A stretch of DNA of 64,000 nt from an uncultured Gammaproteobacteria bacterium (GTDB lineage: Bacteria > Pseudomonadota > Gammaproteobacteria > UBA9214): positions 192,001 through 256,000 of the forward strand of contig CAVYZN010000006.1 of the NCBI GenBank assembly GCA_963773065.1, in the 5' to 3' direction. Position 1 is the stretch's first letter, and each line of letters opens with the position of its first letter. The notes under the pieces were generated by a model, which did not search any database, was not told the origin of the DNA, and was given only the letters and a program-made list of their open reading frames with translations. The position numbers and the translations under genes are program-made. This document shows, in pieces, positions 31,154 through 42,246 of this stretch.

Positions 31154-31645
31154 TCAATGATCCTTATCGACCTTGCGCGACGTTGCGGCGGCCGTGGAAA
31201 CAAAGGTCTTGAGCAGGTCTTGCTGCATGTCCCTCCACAGCGCCAGGTTCCGCTCCGCCATTTCTTGCCATACCGAGGACGGGGCGGCCTGCAGCAGGCT
31301 CTCCATCTGATTCTGCAGGACCTGCTGCTGCTTGATGAAGAAATCCATGCTCTTTTCGAGATAGGCGCCCACGAACGCCTGCAGGTTATCGCCGTAGTAG
31401 CGGATCAGTTGTTCGAGCAGGCGTGTACTGAGTATCGGCTGCCCCTTTTCCTCCTGTTCGACGATGATCTGCAGCAGGATGCTGCGCGTGATATCGGCGC
31501 CGCCCTGCGCGTCGACGACGCGAAAATGCCTGCCGTCCATCACCAGTTGCCGGATATCCTCCAGCGCCACATAGCGGCTCTGCGCCGTGTCGTAGAGACG
31601 GCGATTCGCGTATTTCTTGATTACCCGCTCTTCCTCCACGGTCAC
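31154..31645 (-). CDS. phaR: PHA synthesis repressor
   Basis: RVIKKYANRRLYDT...DITRSILLQII. Confidence 0.95.
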   Translation of the reverse strand: MTVEEERVIKKYANRRLYDTAQSRYVALEDIRQLVMDGRHFRVVDAQGGADITRSILLQIIVEQEEKGQPILSTRLLEQLIRYYGDNLQAFVGAYLEKSMDFFIKQQQVLQNQMESLLQAAPSSVWQEMAERNLALWRDMQQDLLKTFVSTAAATSRKVDKDH

Positions 31646-31666
31646 CGTCCGGCACGCGCGCGTCCG

Positions 31667-32410
31667 TCAGCTCATGTAGTGGCCGCCGTTCACCGGAATA
31701 TTGGCCCCGGTGATGAAGTCCGAATCCTCCGCCGCCAGAAAGACCACGACACGGGCGATGTCGGCCGGCCGGCCAAGCCGCGCCCTCGGTATCTGGGCGA
31801 TGATCTGCTTGCGCACTTCCTCCGGCACGGCGTTGACCATCGGGGACTCGATATACCCCGGTGAGACGGTGTTGGCCGTCACGCCCTTGCGCGCCCCTTC
31901 CTGCGCCAGCGACATGGTAAAACCGTGGATGCCCGCCTTGGAGGCGGCGTAATTGCTCTGGCCGAACTGGCCTTTCTGGCCATTGATCGACGAGATGCTG
32001 ATGACCCGCCCGAAACCGCGGTCCAACATGCCCTCGATGACGTTGCGCGTGGCATTGAAGACGCTGTCGAGGTTCGACTGGATCACCGCATGCCACTGCT
32101 CCGGGGTCATTTTCCGCAGGCTGGCGTCACGCGTGATGCCGGCGACATTGACCAGCACATCGACCGGTCCCACCTGCTGCTCCGCCTTTTTTACCGCCGC
32201 CGCCGTCGCCTCGAAGTCAGCGAGGTCGCAGGGCGCGACCGTGATGTCATAGCCCGCTTGCTTCTGCGCAGCCTTCCATTCCTTGGCGCTGTCCGCCTCC
32301 GCGGGCAGGCACGTCGCCACTACCCGGTGACCCGCGGCGCACAGTTGTCTGCAGATTTCCGTACCGATGGTGCCGGTACCGCCAGTAACCAATGCTACCC
32401 TCTGTGCCAT
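31667..32410 (-). CDS. phaB: acetoacetyl-CoA reductase
   Basis: SDR TGGxGxIG, AGITRD, GQKGQFGQSNYAASKAG; pha context. Confidence 0.95.
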   Translation of the reverse strand: MAQRVALVTGGTGTIGTEICRQLCAAGHRVVATCLPAEADSAKEWKAAQKQAGYDITVAPCDLADFEATAAAVKKAEQQVGPVDVLVNVAGITRDASLRKMTPEQWHAVIQSNLDSVFNATRNVIEGMLDRGFGRVISISSINGQKGQFGQSNYAASKAGIHGFTMSLAQEGARKGVTANTVSPGYIESPMVNAVPEEVRKQIIAQIPRARLGRPADIARVVVFLAAEDSDFITGANIPVNGGHYMS

Positions 32411-32458
32411 GGTGTCAACTCCTGATGTCGTTCATCTTGTTCTATCCGATACCTTCAG

Positions 32459-33637
32459 CTAGCGCTCGACGGTGAGCGCCACGCCCTGTCCTCCGCCGAT
32501 GCAGAGGGTCGCAAGCCCCTTGTGTGCTTTCCTCTTGCGCATTTCATGCAGCAGGGTGACCAGAATCCGCGCACCCGAGGCGCCGATCGGGTGCCCGAGC
32601 GCGATGGCGCCGCCGTTGACATTCACCTTGTGCGCATCCAGGCCAAGTTCACGGCCGACCGCGAGGGATACCGCGGCAAATGCCTCGTTGGCCTCGATGA
32701 GATCGAGATCGTCAATGCTCCAGCCGGCCTTCGCCAGACAGCGTTTCGTAGCGGGAACCGGTCCCATGCCCATATAGGCCGGATCGACGCCGGCATTGCT
32801 GTAAGCGACGATGGTCGCCAGGGGCTCGAGGCCGAGTTCACGTGCCGTGCGGGCCGAGGTGACCAGCACGGCGGCGGCCCCGTCATTGATGCCGGAGGAA
32901 TTGCCGGGGGTTACCGTACCGTCCGGGCGAAACGCCGGCTTCAGTTTCGCCAGCGACTCGATGGTGGTGCCGTGGCGTGGAAACTCGTCGGTATCGAAAA
33001 CCAGCGGTTCCTGCTTGGGGCGGGGCACTTCGACCGGAATGATTTCATCGGCGAACCGGTTGGCCTTTTGCGCCGCCTCCGCCTTGTGTTGGGATGCGGC
33101 GGAGAAGGCATCCTGGTCCTCGCGGGTGAGGTGGTAGCGATCCACCAGGTTCTCTGCGGTGCATCCCATGTGATACTCATTGAAGATGTCCCACAATCCT
33201 TCGTTGATCATGCTGTCAATCAACGGCCAGTCACCCATGCGCATGCCGGTACGGGAAGCGGGCAATACATGCGGCGCCAGATTCATGTTTTCCTGCCCGC
33301 CGGCCACGATGATCTCGGCATCACCGCAGCGTATCGCCTGGACGGCTAGCAGCACGGACTTCAAGCCGCTGCCACACACCTTGTTGATGGTCATCGCCGG
33401 AACATCGACCGGCAGTCCGGCGCCGATTGCGGCCTGGCGCGCCGGGTTCTGTCCTGCGCCCGCCGTAAGCACCTGTCCCATGATGACCTCGTCCACCCGG
33501 GCGGCGTCCACCCCGGTGCGTTCCAGCAGGGCCGCGATCACTCGCGCACCCAGGCGGCTGGCCGGAATTTCAGCAAGCGTTCCTCCGAATTTGCCTATGG
33601 CGGTTCGTACGGCATCGACAATGACTACGTCTTCCAT
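32459..33637 (-). CDS. phaA: acetyl-CoA acetyltransferase (beta-ketothiolase)
   Basis: [27 protein letters not shown]. Confidence 0.95.
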   Translation of the reverse strand: MEDVVIVDAVRTAIGKFGGTLAEIPASRLGARVIAALLERTGVDAARVDEVIMGQVLTAGAGQNPARQAAIGAGLPVDVPAMTINKVCGSGLKSVLLAVQAIRCGDAEIIVAGGQENMNLAPHVLPASRTGMRMGDWPLIDSMINEGLWDIFNEYHMGCTAENLVDRYHLTREDQDAFSAASQHKAEAAQKANRFADEIIPVEVPRPKQEPLVFDTDEFPRHGTTIESLAKLKPAFRPDGTVTPGNSSGINDGAAAVLVTSARTARELGLEPLATIVAYSNAGVDPAYMGMGPVPATKRCLAKAGWSIDDLDLIEANEAFAAVSLAVGRELGLDAHKVNVNGGAIALGHPIGASGARILVTLLHEMRKRKAHKGLATLCIGGGQGVALTVER

Positions 33638-33818
33638 TTATTGACCTCGTTCCGCGAAATGAGGCCGCCTTGCCCAGGGCGGCGCGCTATTGTTAGATGA
33701 TAGTTCCAGGCGGCTGTTACAAGAAAACAGCCTGCCCGCTAACGGAAACAGGGTGCCTGTTCCGCAGGCAAACGTAGAATACTCCTCTCGTGCCGGTCGA
33801 TGCATCCCGGCACGAGAT

Positions 33819-34232
33819 TCAAGATTGATAATCGGGCTTTACGGCTACTTGGCCTGTGCGCCTGCCGCTTCTTGGCGGCTCCGCCGCCTTCTTGGCGGCT
33901 GCCTCCGCCTTCTTGGTGGCTGCCTCCGCCCACTCCGCGACGGCCTGCTGGGTCTCCGTCGCAATCTTCGCGAATTCCTGGGACCGATTGATCAACCGCT
34001 CGCCGAACTCGGAGACGAGTTGACCCTGCACCGTGAGCAGATCTTCCGGGCTCTCGGCACTGCCCAGGATCGTCGCCTGTTTGGTACCCAGATCGAGGTA
34101 GTCGCGGGCGACATCCAGTTGTTGACGGGCCACGCGCTCCATCGCCCGCACGGTAATTTCGTTAAGCCGCATCATCGGTTCAACCGCATTCTTGCTGAGT
34201 TTCAGCCATTCATTGAAAATTTCTTTGTTCAT
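33819..34232 (-). CDS. phaP: phasin
   Basis: amphipathic helical ~137 aa protein with Ala/Lys tail at head of pha operon; GGAGG RBS. Confidence 0.85.
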   Translation of the reverse strand: MNKEIFNEWLKLSKNAVEPMMRLNEITVRAMERVARQQLDVARDYLDLGTKQATILGSAESPEDLLTVQGQLVSEFGERLINRSQEFAKIATETQQAVAEWAEAATKKAEAAAKKAAEPPRSGRRTGQVAVKPDYQS

Positions 34233-34298
34233 GGTCCTAGCCTCCTGTACGAGAACTGGGGGTACCAGTCGTGGTAATTGAATTAAAAAATCATCTCT

Positions 34299-34338
34299 TG
34301 CTGCATTGCAGCATAGTTCGTGTACGAATAGATGTCAA
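34299..34338 (-). promoter_or_regulatory. phaP promoter with overlapping PhaR-type operator
   Basis: minus-strand TTGACA (34338-34333), 17 bp, TATGCT (34315-34310); palindrome TGCTGCA-T-TGCAGCA at 34299-34313. Confidence 0.75.
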
Positions 34339-34451
34339 GGTATTTTGAAAAAAGTAATATATTTTCTTATGTATTATAACTAATTAATTATAAATATTTA
34401 TTATATTTAAGCCCTTAATTATATCGCCTTGGGAATACTTCTATTAGTTTT

Positions 34452-34481
34452 TGTTGCATTGCAGTAACCTATTGCTATACT
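34452..34481 (+). promoter_or_regulatory. phaEC promoter with second PhaR-type box
   Basis: TGTTGCATTGCAGTA (34452-34466) overlapping TTGCAT; TATACT at 34476-34481. Confidence 0.6.
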
Positions 34482-34518
34482 ATCAGGTCATTACTCTGTT
34501 TCTCAGGAGGACACTCAC

Positions 34519-35657
34519 ATGACGGGATACGAGGATACCACCGGGGCATGGGCCAAGGTCTGGCTGGATGCGCAGAAGCAGTACCTGGATACGTGGATGC
34601 AACTGTCACAGGAGGGCAAAAACTGGGCGGGCGCCCAGGCCCCATTTACCTGGGGAGGCGCCAGTCCATGGACACAACCGATGCAGCAGTGGGCCAGGCT
34701 GATGACCCAGGCGCTGCCCCGGGAGAGCCAGGATGCCGAGCACACGACTGTTTGAACTCGGCAAAAGCTATATGAACATGGGCGAGACGTTCTGGCGCCT
34801 CCTGCAGCAGGGTAAGGCTATCGCCGGGGGCGAGATCAACTGGCAGGAGGCCATGAAAAACGCCCTCTCCGCGGCAGGCGGCGGCTTCGATCTTACCGGA
34901 CAAGGCTCCGATCCGTGGTCCAGCTTTGCCACCATCTGGGGGTTGCCCTTAAACACCTGGCAACACTTCACCAGTTCCTTCTCCCCTTTCCTCGGCGAGA
35001 TGGAAAAGGCGTTGCGACCCGAAGGCGTCGCGGCGCCGAGCGACATGACCAAGGCCATGCGGCAGATGCTGTCCCTGCCCCCGGTCGGCTATACCCGGGA
35101 GTGGCAGGAACAGGCGCAGGAATGGACGCAGCTTTACCTGGAGTACGCCAAGGCGATGCAGGATTTTGCGCGACTGCTTGGCAAGGTGGCGCAGCGCGCC
35201 GCCGAGTTGTTCAGCCAGAAACTGGCCGGACTCTTCAATGAGGGCAAGTCCCTCGAGGGACTGCGGGCAGCCTATAACCTGTGGATCGATTGCGGTGAAG
35301 AGGCCTATGCCGAAGTGGTGGCCACACCGGACTTCCCGCACCTGCAGGCCCAGATGGTCAACGCGCTGATGCGGCTCAAGCGCCATGAACAGGTGATGTT
35401 TGATGAGGTGATGACCGCATTGCACATGCCGAGCCGACGTGAAATGGATACCACCCACAAGCGGGTCCACGAATTGAAGCAGCAACTGCGTACCCTACAG
35501 GACGCGATGGAAAACCTCGCACCCCCGGAGGTACTGCGCGCTGAGCCCCGGGCGGCCGCAGGTAAAACGGGAAGCACCGGTCAAGAAGAAGACGGCCGCG
35601 AAACCACCCCGCAGCCAGTCGAAGCGCCGTGCCCAACCGAAAACGAAGAAGGGGTAA
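34519..35657 (+). CDS. phaE: class III PHA synthase subunit PhaE (frameshifts ~34745 and ~35575)
   Basis: LPPVGYTREWQ, YNLWIDCGEEAY, MPSRREMDT; Lys-rich tail in shifted frame ending TAA 35657. Confidence 0.92.
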
Positions 35658-35660
35658 ACC

Positions 35661-36728
35661 ATGATGCAACTGCCATTGCAGCCCGATCAGGTCCTGAAGG
35701 ACGCACTCGATTTCAACCGCAAGATCACTCGCGGCCTGCTTACCCTGCGGGAAGTGGGTGATGTCGAGGTCGGCGTCACGCCGAAAGAGGCCGTTTACCA
35801 GGAAGACAAGCTGGTTCTGTACCGGTATAAACCGACGGTGGACAAACCGGCGAAAACCCCGCTCCTGATTGTCTACGCGCTGGTCAACCGGCCCTATATG
35901 GCGGACCTGCAGGAAGACCGCTCCATCATCCGCAATCTGCTGGATCACGGTGAAGATGTCTATTTGATCGACTGGGGCTACCCGGATGGCGCAGACCGGT
36001 TCCTGGATCTCGATGACTACATCAACCGCTATATCCATCATTGCGTGCAGTACATAGGCAAGGCACACGGCCTGCGCCGGATCAATCTGCTGGGTATCTG
36101 CCAGGGAGGAACCTTCAGCCTGTGCTACACAGCCCTGCACCCCGAACGGGTGGAGAATCTGGTTACCATGGTTACCCCCGTTGATTTCCATACACCCAAC
36201 AACGTCCTCAGCGAATGGGCCCGGGAGCTGGATGTCGATCAACTCGTGGATACGGTGGGCAATGTGCCGGGGGAACTGCTTAACTGGAGCTTTCTCTCAC
36301 TCAAGCCGTTCAGGCTCACCGGGCAGAAGTATGCGGACATGGCCGATATCCTGGATGATCCGGAGAAACTCAGGAATTTTCTGCGCATGGAAAAATGGAT
36401 CTTTGACAGTCCCGACCAGGCGGGTGAGGCATTCCGGCAGTTCATCAAATACTTCTATCAGCAGAACCGGCTGGTGACGGGTGGTCTGGAGATCGGCGGG
36501 CGCGAGGTCAGCCTCAGGCAAGTCACCGTACCGGTGCTTAACGTCTATGCCACCGAGGATCACCTGGTGCCGCCGGAATCCTCCATTGCGCTGGAAAAAC
36601 ATGTCGGCACCCGGGACTACACCGCGATCGCCTTCCCAGGCGGGCATATCGGCATCTACGTGAGCGCACGCTCGCAGAAAGAGGTGCCTCCGGCCATCGC
36701 GCGGTGGCTGCAGGAGCGGAGCCGCTGA
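35661..36728 (+). CDS. phaC: class III PHA synthase subunit PhaC
   Basis: YALVNRPY, lipase box GICQGG, MEKWIFDSPD, DHLVPP, GGHIG. Confidence 0.97.
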   Translation: MMQLPLQPDQVLKDALDFNRKITRGLLTLREVGDVEVGVTPKEAVYQEDKLVLYRYKPTVDKPAKTPLLIVYALVNRPYMADLQEDRSIIRNLLDHGEDVYLIDWGYPDGADRFLDLDDYINRYIHHCVQYIGKAHGLRRINLLGICQGGTFSLCYTALHPERVENLVTMVTPVDFHTPNNVLSEWARELDVDQLVDTVGNVPGELLNWSFLSLKPFRLTGQKYADMADILDDPEKLRNFLRMEKWIFDSPDQAGEAFRQFIKYFYQQNRLVTGGLEIGGREVSLRQVTVPVLNVYATEDHLVPPESSIALEKHVGTRDYTAIAFPGGHIGIYVSARSQKEVPPAIARWLQERSR

Positions 36729-36734
36729 TTCGAT

Positions 36735-37655
36735 TCAGTCGAGCAGGGCGGAAAGGTGGGCGAGGACGGACCGTGCCAGCGCCGGCAAGGCATAGCCGCC
36801 CTCCAGCACCGAAATGATCCGCCCCCCGGCATGGGCGTCGGCAATCGCCTTGATTTTCCGGGTGATCCAGGCGTAATCGTGCTCGGTCAGGTTGAGGCCG
36901 GCCATCTCGTCCTGCCAATGCGCGTCGAAACCCGCGGAAATGAAGATCAGCTCCGGCCTGAAGGCCTCGAGCGCGGCGAGCCATACATCGCCCACCGCCT
37001 GGCGAAAACTGCGGCTGCCAGCACCCGCCGCCAGTGGTGTTTTCACGATATGGGCGCTGGTCGCCGTAACGTCGGTGAACGGATACAAGGGATGCTGAAA
37101 ACTTGAACAGAACAGCACCCGCGTTTCCTCACGGAACATGTCCTCGGTGCCGTTGCCGTGATGGACGTCAAAATCGATTATCGCGATCCGTTGCAGACGG
37201 TAGTTATCCAGGGCGTGGGCAACCCCGACCGCCACATTGTTGAATATGCAGAATCCCATGCCGCCGCCCCGCTCGGCATGATGGCCGGGCGGGCGCACAC
37301 CACAGAAAGCACAGCTCGCTTCACCGCCCAGCACCAGATCAACCGCCAGCACCACTGCCCCGGCCGCGTGCAGGGCCGCGTCCAGGCTGTGCGGATTCAT
37401 GGCGGTGTCGTGATCGAGCCAGACGAGATCCCGATCAGGCGCGAGCGTGAAAATGCGCTCCACATAGGCCGGATCATGCACCCGGGCAAGTTGCTCACGG
37501 GTCGCGGCGGGCGACTCGAAGCGGCGCAACGCAAATTCGAAACCGGTCTCAAGCAACCGGTCCTCGATCACCGACAGCCGAGCCGGTGACTCCGGATGCG
37601 CCTCTCCCATGTGATGCAGGCTGCACGCCGGATGGGTGATATAGGCAATCGTCAT
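36735..37655 (-). CDS. histone deacetylase family protein
   Basis: HPESPARL, RPPGHHA, GFC, DFDVHHGNGT, SAGFDAH, LEGGY. Confidence 0.95.
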   Translation of the reverse strand: MTIAYITHPACSLHHMGEAHPESPARLSVIEDRLLETGFEFALRRFESPAATREQLARVHDPAYVERIFTLAPDRDLVWLDHDTAMNPHSLDAALHAAGAVVLAVDLVLGGEASCAFCGVRPPGHHAERGGGMGFCIFNNVAVGVAHALDNYRLQRIAIIDFDVHHGNGTEDMFREETRVLFCSSFQHPLYPFTDVTATSAHIVKTPLAAGAGSRSFRQAVGDVWLAALEAFRPELIFISAGFDAHWQDEMAGLNLTEHDYAWITRKIKAIADAHAGGRIISVLEGGYALPALARSVLAHLSALLD

Positions 37656-38090
37656 GGCGACAGGACGTGGGGCAGCGTCTTTCAGATAGATCCCACGGCA
37701 TCGTCCGGTCACACCTCTCCCGGCGATGCCGCACGCTGGCTGAGGATCCCTTAAGTCATCTGGCTAACTTTCTTATTCCTCATCGCCGTGAGGCATGGCT
37801 TGCTGGCGCCATTCGCACTGATACCAGTTACCCGACAGACATTCCGTCTTCCGGCAGTCAAATTCACAAACGGCAATTTCCTCGGGAACCTCGGCCACAT
37901 GTTTTATAAGCCACTGCATAAATTCACCAAACATAACCTATCCTCCGTGCCGCTACGTTCCCTGTTGTGATGCGATATCCGCTTTGTTTCTAACTATTTA
38001 TCGAAATTGATTGTAGTACATAACGGGGGCTAAAAGCTCTCCGGCACGACATCTGTGTTTGCCGGCATGAGGATAACCCAGCTCTGATTT

Positions 38091-39104
38091 TCAGTTTCCC
38101 TCTTCAAACGCCGTAAGAGGCGCCAATACATCAGCCCCAGCGGGCGACCGGTGCACACTCCCGCTCCAGGGCTGCCCCGCCAGTGCGGGCCAGCGCTCGG
38201 AGAAGCCCGCATCCAGGATATCGAGAAACGATCGGGCGCGCGATGACAATTGCCTGCCCTTGTGCACGACCGCGCCATAGCTGCGTTGCGGGAAGTAGTC
38301 AGTGAGCGGTATAGCGGCCAGCGGCTCATCGCCGGTCAGGCAGATGCCGGTGACGATGGAGACGCCCAGGCCCAGCGCGACGAATTTCTTGATCACCTCC
38401 CAGCCGCCCGCCTCCAGCACGACCTGATAGTCAAGACCGTGCTGGTGGAACACCAGATCGACGATCCGCCACGTGCTCAGGTGCCGCGGGGGCAGAATCA
38501 GCCCGTAGGGGCTAATGTCGTCCAGGGTCACCCGGGGCTTGCGCGCCAGAGGGTGATCCGGTGCGGTGATCAGCATCGGGTCGTAGGTAAAGATGGGCAT
38601 ATAGGCAATATCGTCCGGGACCTCGAACATCGATCCCACGGCGAAGTCAACCTCGCCATGGCGCAGCATTTTCAACCCGTCACGACCGGTGACGTTGTGC
38701 AGGCGCAGTTTGACCTGCGGATAGCGGTCGGTGAAGCGCTTCACGTATTCCGGCAGCAGGTAGAGGATCGTCGACTCGCCGGCGGCGATATCGAGCGAAC
38801 CCGAACGCACCGCGCCCAGGCGCACGGCGAAGCGGTCCGGGATCTGATCCATCGCCTCGACCACCGGCAGTGCGGTTTCAAGCAGCACCTGACCCGACTC
38901 GGTCAGCCGGATTCGCGGTCCGCGGCGCTCGAACAGCCGGCTATCCAGCGTCTCCTCCAGACCCTTGATGAGCAGCGACACCGAGGGCTGGCTCAGACAC
39001 ATCCGTTCCGCCGCACGAGAGATGCTGCCGCTCTGCGCGGCCAGGCAGAATGCCCGTAACTGCCTGAGGCGGTTAGGATTACAGGTGGCGTCAGAAGTTT
39101 TCAT
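38091..39104 (-). CDS. LysR-family transcriptional regulator
   Basis: HTH LRQLRAF...SISRAAE...SQPSVS...LFER plus substrate-binding domain; divergent from aceB. Confidence 0.93.
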   Translation of the reverse strand: MKTSDATCNPNRLRQLRAFCLAAQSGSISRAAERMCLSQPSVSLLIKGLEETLDSRLFERRGPRIRLTESGQVLLETALPVVEAMDQIPDRFAVRLGAVRSGSLDIAAGESTILYLLPEYVKRFTDRYPQVKLRLHNVTGRDGLKMLRHGEVDFAVGSMFEVPDDIAYMPIFTYDPMLITAPDHPLARKPRVTLDDISPYGLILPPRHLSTWRIVDLVFHQHGLDYQVVLEAGGWEVIKKFVALGLGVSIVTGICLTGDEPLAAIPLTDYFPQRSYGAVVHKGRQLSSRARSFLDILDAGFSERWPALAGQPWSGSVHRSPAGADVLAPLTAFEEGN

Positions 39105-39275
39105 GAGAGCGTACCGGGTTAGTATTAAAAAATATAAAGATAACTATTTAAAACATAGGCTAGTTTAATAGTCAGAATTTTCATAGGTTTTTTTATAGGG
39201 TTAGTTCATTTTCTAGAGTCGGTTCGAACGATTTGAGCCGAATAATTGACACGCGGGAAGCGGGAGGCAGAGTAC

Positions 39276-40882
39276 ATGCGGCTTAACACGCTGGCCAGTG
39301 CCAGCCATGACTACGAAATCATCGCGCCGTTCGCCGGGTACGAAGCGATCCTGACGCCGCCGGCGATGTGCGTTCCTGGTCGAGCTGCACACGCGCTTCG
39401 AGGCGCGCATCGCGGAACTGCTCGCGGCGCGCCGGGAGCGCCAGGCCTGTTTTGACGCGGGCGAGCAACCCGATTTCCTCACCCACACACGCGAACTCCG
39501 CGCCGCCGACTGGCGCGTGGCGCCGATTCCGACCGACCTACGCGACCGGCGGGTCGAGATCACCGGCCCAGTCGACCGCAAGACGGTCATCAACGGGCTC
39601 AACAGCGGCGCGAAGGTCTTCATGGCAGATTTCGAGGACGCCCATGCCCCGACTTGGGCCGGCACCCTCGAGGGCCAGGTCAACCTGTTCGATGCGGTGC
39701 GCCGGACAATCCGTTATACCTCACCGATCGGCAGGGAATACCGGCTGGGCAGCAAGACCGCCACCCTGATGATGCGCCCGCGCGGCCTGCACCTGCCGGA
39801 GAAGCACTTCCGTGTCCACGGCCAGCCGATACGCGCGGCGTTGTTCGATTTCGGGCTGTTCTTCTTCCACAACGCCATGCGCCTCATCGACAGCCGGCAG
39901 CGGCCCGTATTTCTATCTGCCGAAGTTGGAAAGCCACCACGAGGCGCGGCTGTGGAATGACGTGTTCAATTTCGCCCAGGACGCGCTGCGCATTCCCCGC
40001 GGCAGCGTGCGCGCCACGGTTCTCATCGAAACCCTGCCGGCGGTATTCGAGATGGACGAAATTCTGTACGAGCTGCGTGCTCATATCGCCGGGCTCAACT
40101 GCGGACGCTGGGACTACATCTTCAGCTTCATCAAGGTGTTTCGAAACGATCCCGCGCGCGTTCTGCCGGAGCGCGCGCAGCTCGCCATGACCAACCGTTT
40201 CCTGCGCGGCTACTCGCAGCTATTGATCCGCACCTGCCACCGCCGCGGCGCCTTCGCCATGGGCGGCATGGCCGCACAGATTCCGGTCAGGGACGATGCC
40301 GCCGCGAACGCGGCGGCGCTGGCCAGGGTGCGCGCCGACAAGGAGCGCGAGGCCGCCGACGGCCACGACGGCACCTGGGTCGCACATCCCGGCCTGGTCC
40401 CGCTGGCACTCGAGGTGTTCGACCGCCATCTGCGCGGGCCGAATCAGCTCGAGCGGCTGCGCGAGGACGTGGCGGTAACGGCCACGGACCTGCTCATCGC
40501 GCCGGCCGGAACCATTACCGCCGCGGGGCTGCGTCAGAACATCGAGGTCGCCGTCCGTTACCTCGCCGCCTGGCTCGGCGGGCGCGGCTGCGTGCCCATC
40601 CACGGCTTGATGGAGGATGCCGCCACCGCCGAGATCGCGCGCGCCCAGGTGTGGCAGTGGCTCCGGCATCCACGCGGAGTCCTGACCGATGGCCGCCGGG
40701 TCACACCGCAACTCGTCCGCGGCCTGCTGGAGGAGCAGCTCGCGGCGATCCACCGCGGGGAGGACGAGGAAACGCCCGGCGCCGAACACTTGGACCAGGC
40801 CGCGGCCATCATCGGCGAGGTCATGACCCGCGACGAACTGGTCGACTTCATCACGCTGGTCGCGTACCAGCATCTGGATTGA
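39276..40882 (+). CDS. aceB: malate synthase A (frameshifts ~39370, ~39895)
   Basis: [51 protein letters not shown]. Confidence 0.93.
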
Positions 40883-40926
40883 GCACATGGGAACGGGGAA
40901 CCGCAGATACAGACAGGAGCAGTCAC

Positions 40927-42225
40927 ATGGGTAAGCATAACAAGACAGCGCTCGGCCTCCGCCGCGATTGGGCCGAAGATCCACGCTGGCGGGGCGTCGC
41001 CCGGCCTTACACGGCCGAGGACGTGCTGCGGCTCAGAGGCAGCAAGCCGATCGAATACACGCTGGCCCGCGACGGCGCCGAAAAGCTGTGGCGGCTGATC
41101 GAAGAGGAGCCCTTCGTCAATGCCCTCGGCGCCGTGACCGGCAATCAGGCCATGCAGCAGGTGCGCGCCGGCCTCAAGGCGATCTACGTCTCCGGCTGGC
41201 AGGTCGCGGGCGACGCCAACGTCGCCGGCCAGATGTACCCCGACCAGTCGCTGTATCCGGCCAACTCGGTGCCGGAACTCGTGCGGCGCATCAACAACAC
41301 GCTGCAGCGCGCCGACCAGATTCAGCATCTCGACGGCGGCGCTGACATCGACTGGTTCGCGCCCATCGTGGCCGACGCGGAGGCGGGGTTCGGAGGCGTG
41401 CTCAACGCGTTCGAGCTCATGAAAGCGATGATCGAGGCCGGCGCCGCCGGTGTGCACTTCGAGGACCAGCTCACCTCGGCCAAGAAGTGCGGCCACATGG
41501 GCGGCAAGGTGCTGGTGCCGACCCGGGAGGCGGTGCAGAAGCTGGTCGCGGCGCGGCTCGCGGCCGATGTTCTCGGGGTCCCGACCGTGCTGCTCGCGCG
41601 CACCGACGCCGAGGCGGGCAATTTGCTCACCTCCGACATCGACGCGCGCGACCAGCCGTTCTGCACCGGCGAGCGGACCGCGGAGGGCTACTTTCGTCTG
41701 CGCAACGGCATCGACCAGGCGATCGCGCGCGGCCTCGCCTATGCGCCTTACGCCGATCTCATCTGGTGCGAGACGGGCAAGCCCGATCTCGGTTTCGCGC
41801 GGCGTTTCGCCGAGGCCCTGCAGGCCGAGTACCCGCAGCGCCGGCTCGCCTACAACTGCTCGCCCTCGTTCAACTGGAAGAAGCACCTCGACGACGCGAC
41901 GATCGCCCGGTTTCAGCGCGAACTCGCCGCCATGGGTTACCGGTTCCAGTTCATCACGCTCGCGGGCTTTCATGCTCTCAACTACAGTATGTACGAACTC
42001 GCGCACGGTTACCGCGAGCGGCAGATGGCGGCCTATGTCGAGCTGCAGGAGGCCGAATTCGCGGCCGAGGCCGACGGCTACACCGCCACGCGCCACCAGC
42101 ACGAGGTCGGCACCGGCTATTTCGACGCCGTGACCCGGATCGTGGAGGGCGGGGCATCGTCGGTGACCGCGCTCACCGGTTCGACCGAGGAAGACCAGTT
42201 CGAGACGGCCATCGGCGCACGCTAG
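40927..42225 (+). CDS. aceA: isocitrate lyase
   Basis: [34 protein letters not shown]. Confidence 0.98.
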   Translation: MGKHNKTALGLRRDWAEDPRWRGVARPYTAEDVLRLRGSKPIEYTLARDGAEKLWRLIEEEPFVNALGAVTGNQAMQQVRAGLKAIYVSGWQVAGDANVAGQMYPDQSLYPANSVPELVRRINNTLQRADQIQHLDGGADIDWFAPIVADAEAGFGGVLNAFELMKAMIEAGAAGVHFEDQLTSAKKCGHMGGKVLVPTREAVQKLVAARLAADVLGVPTVLLARTDAEAGNLLTSDIDARDQPFCTGERTAEGYFRLRNGIDQAIARGLAYAPYADLIWCETGKPDLGFARRFAEALQAEYPQRRLAYNCSPSFNWKKHLDDATIARFQRELAAMGYRFQFITLAGFHALNYSMYELAHGYRERQMAAYVELQEAEFAAEADGYTATRHQHEVGTGYFDAVTRIVEGGASSVTALTGSTEEDQFETAIGAR

Positions 42226-42246
42226 GCCATACGATCAGGGACGGAC

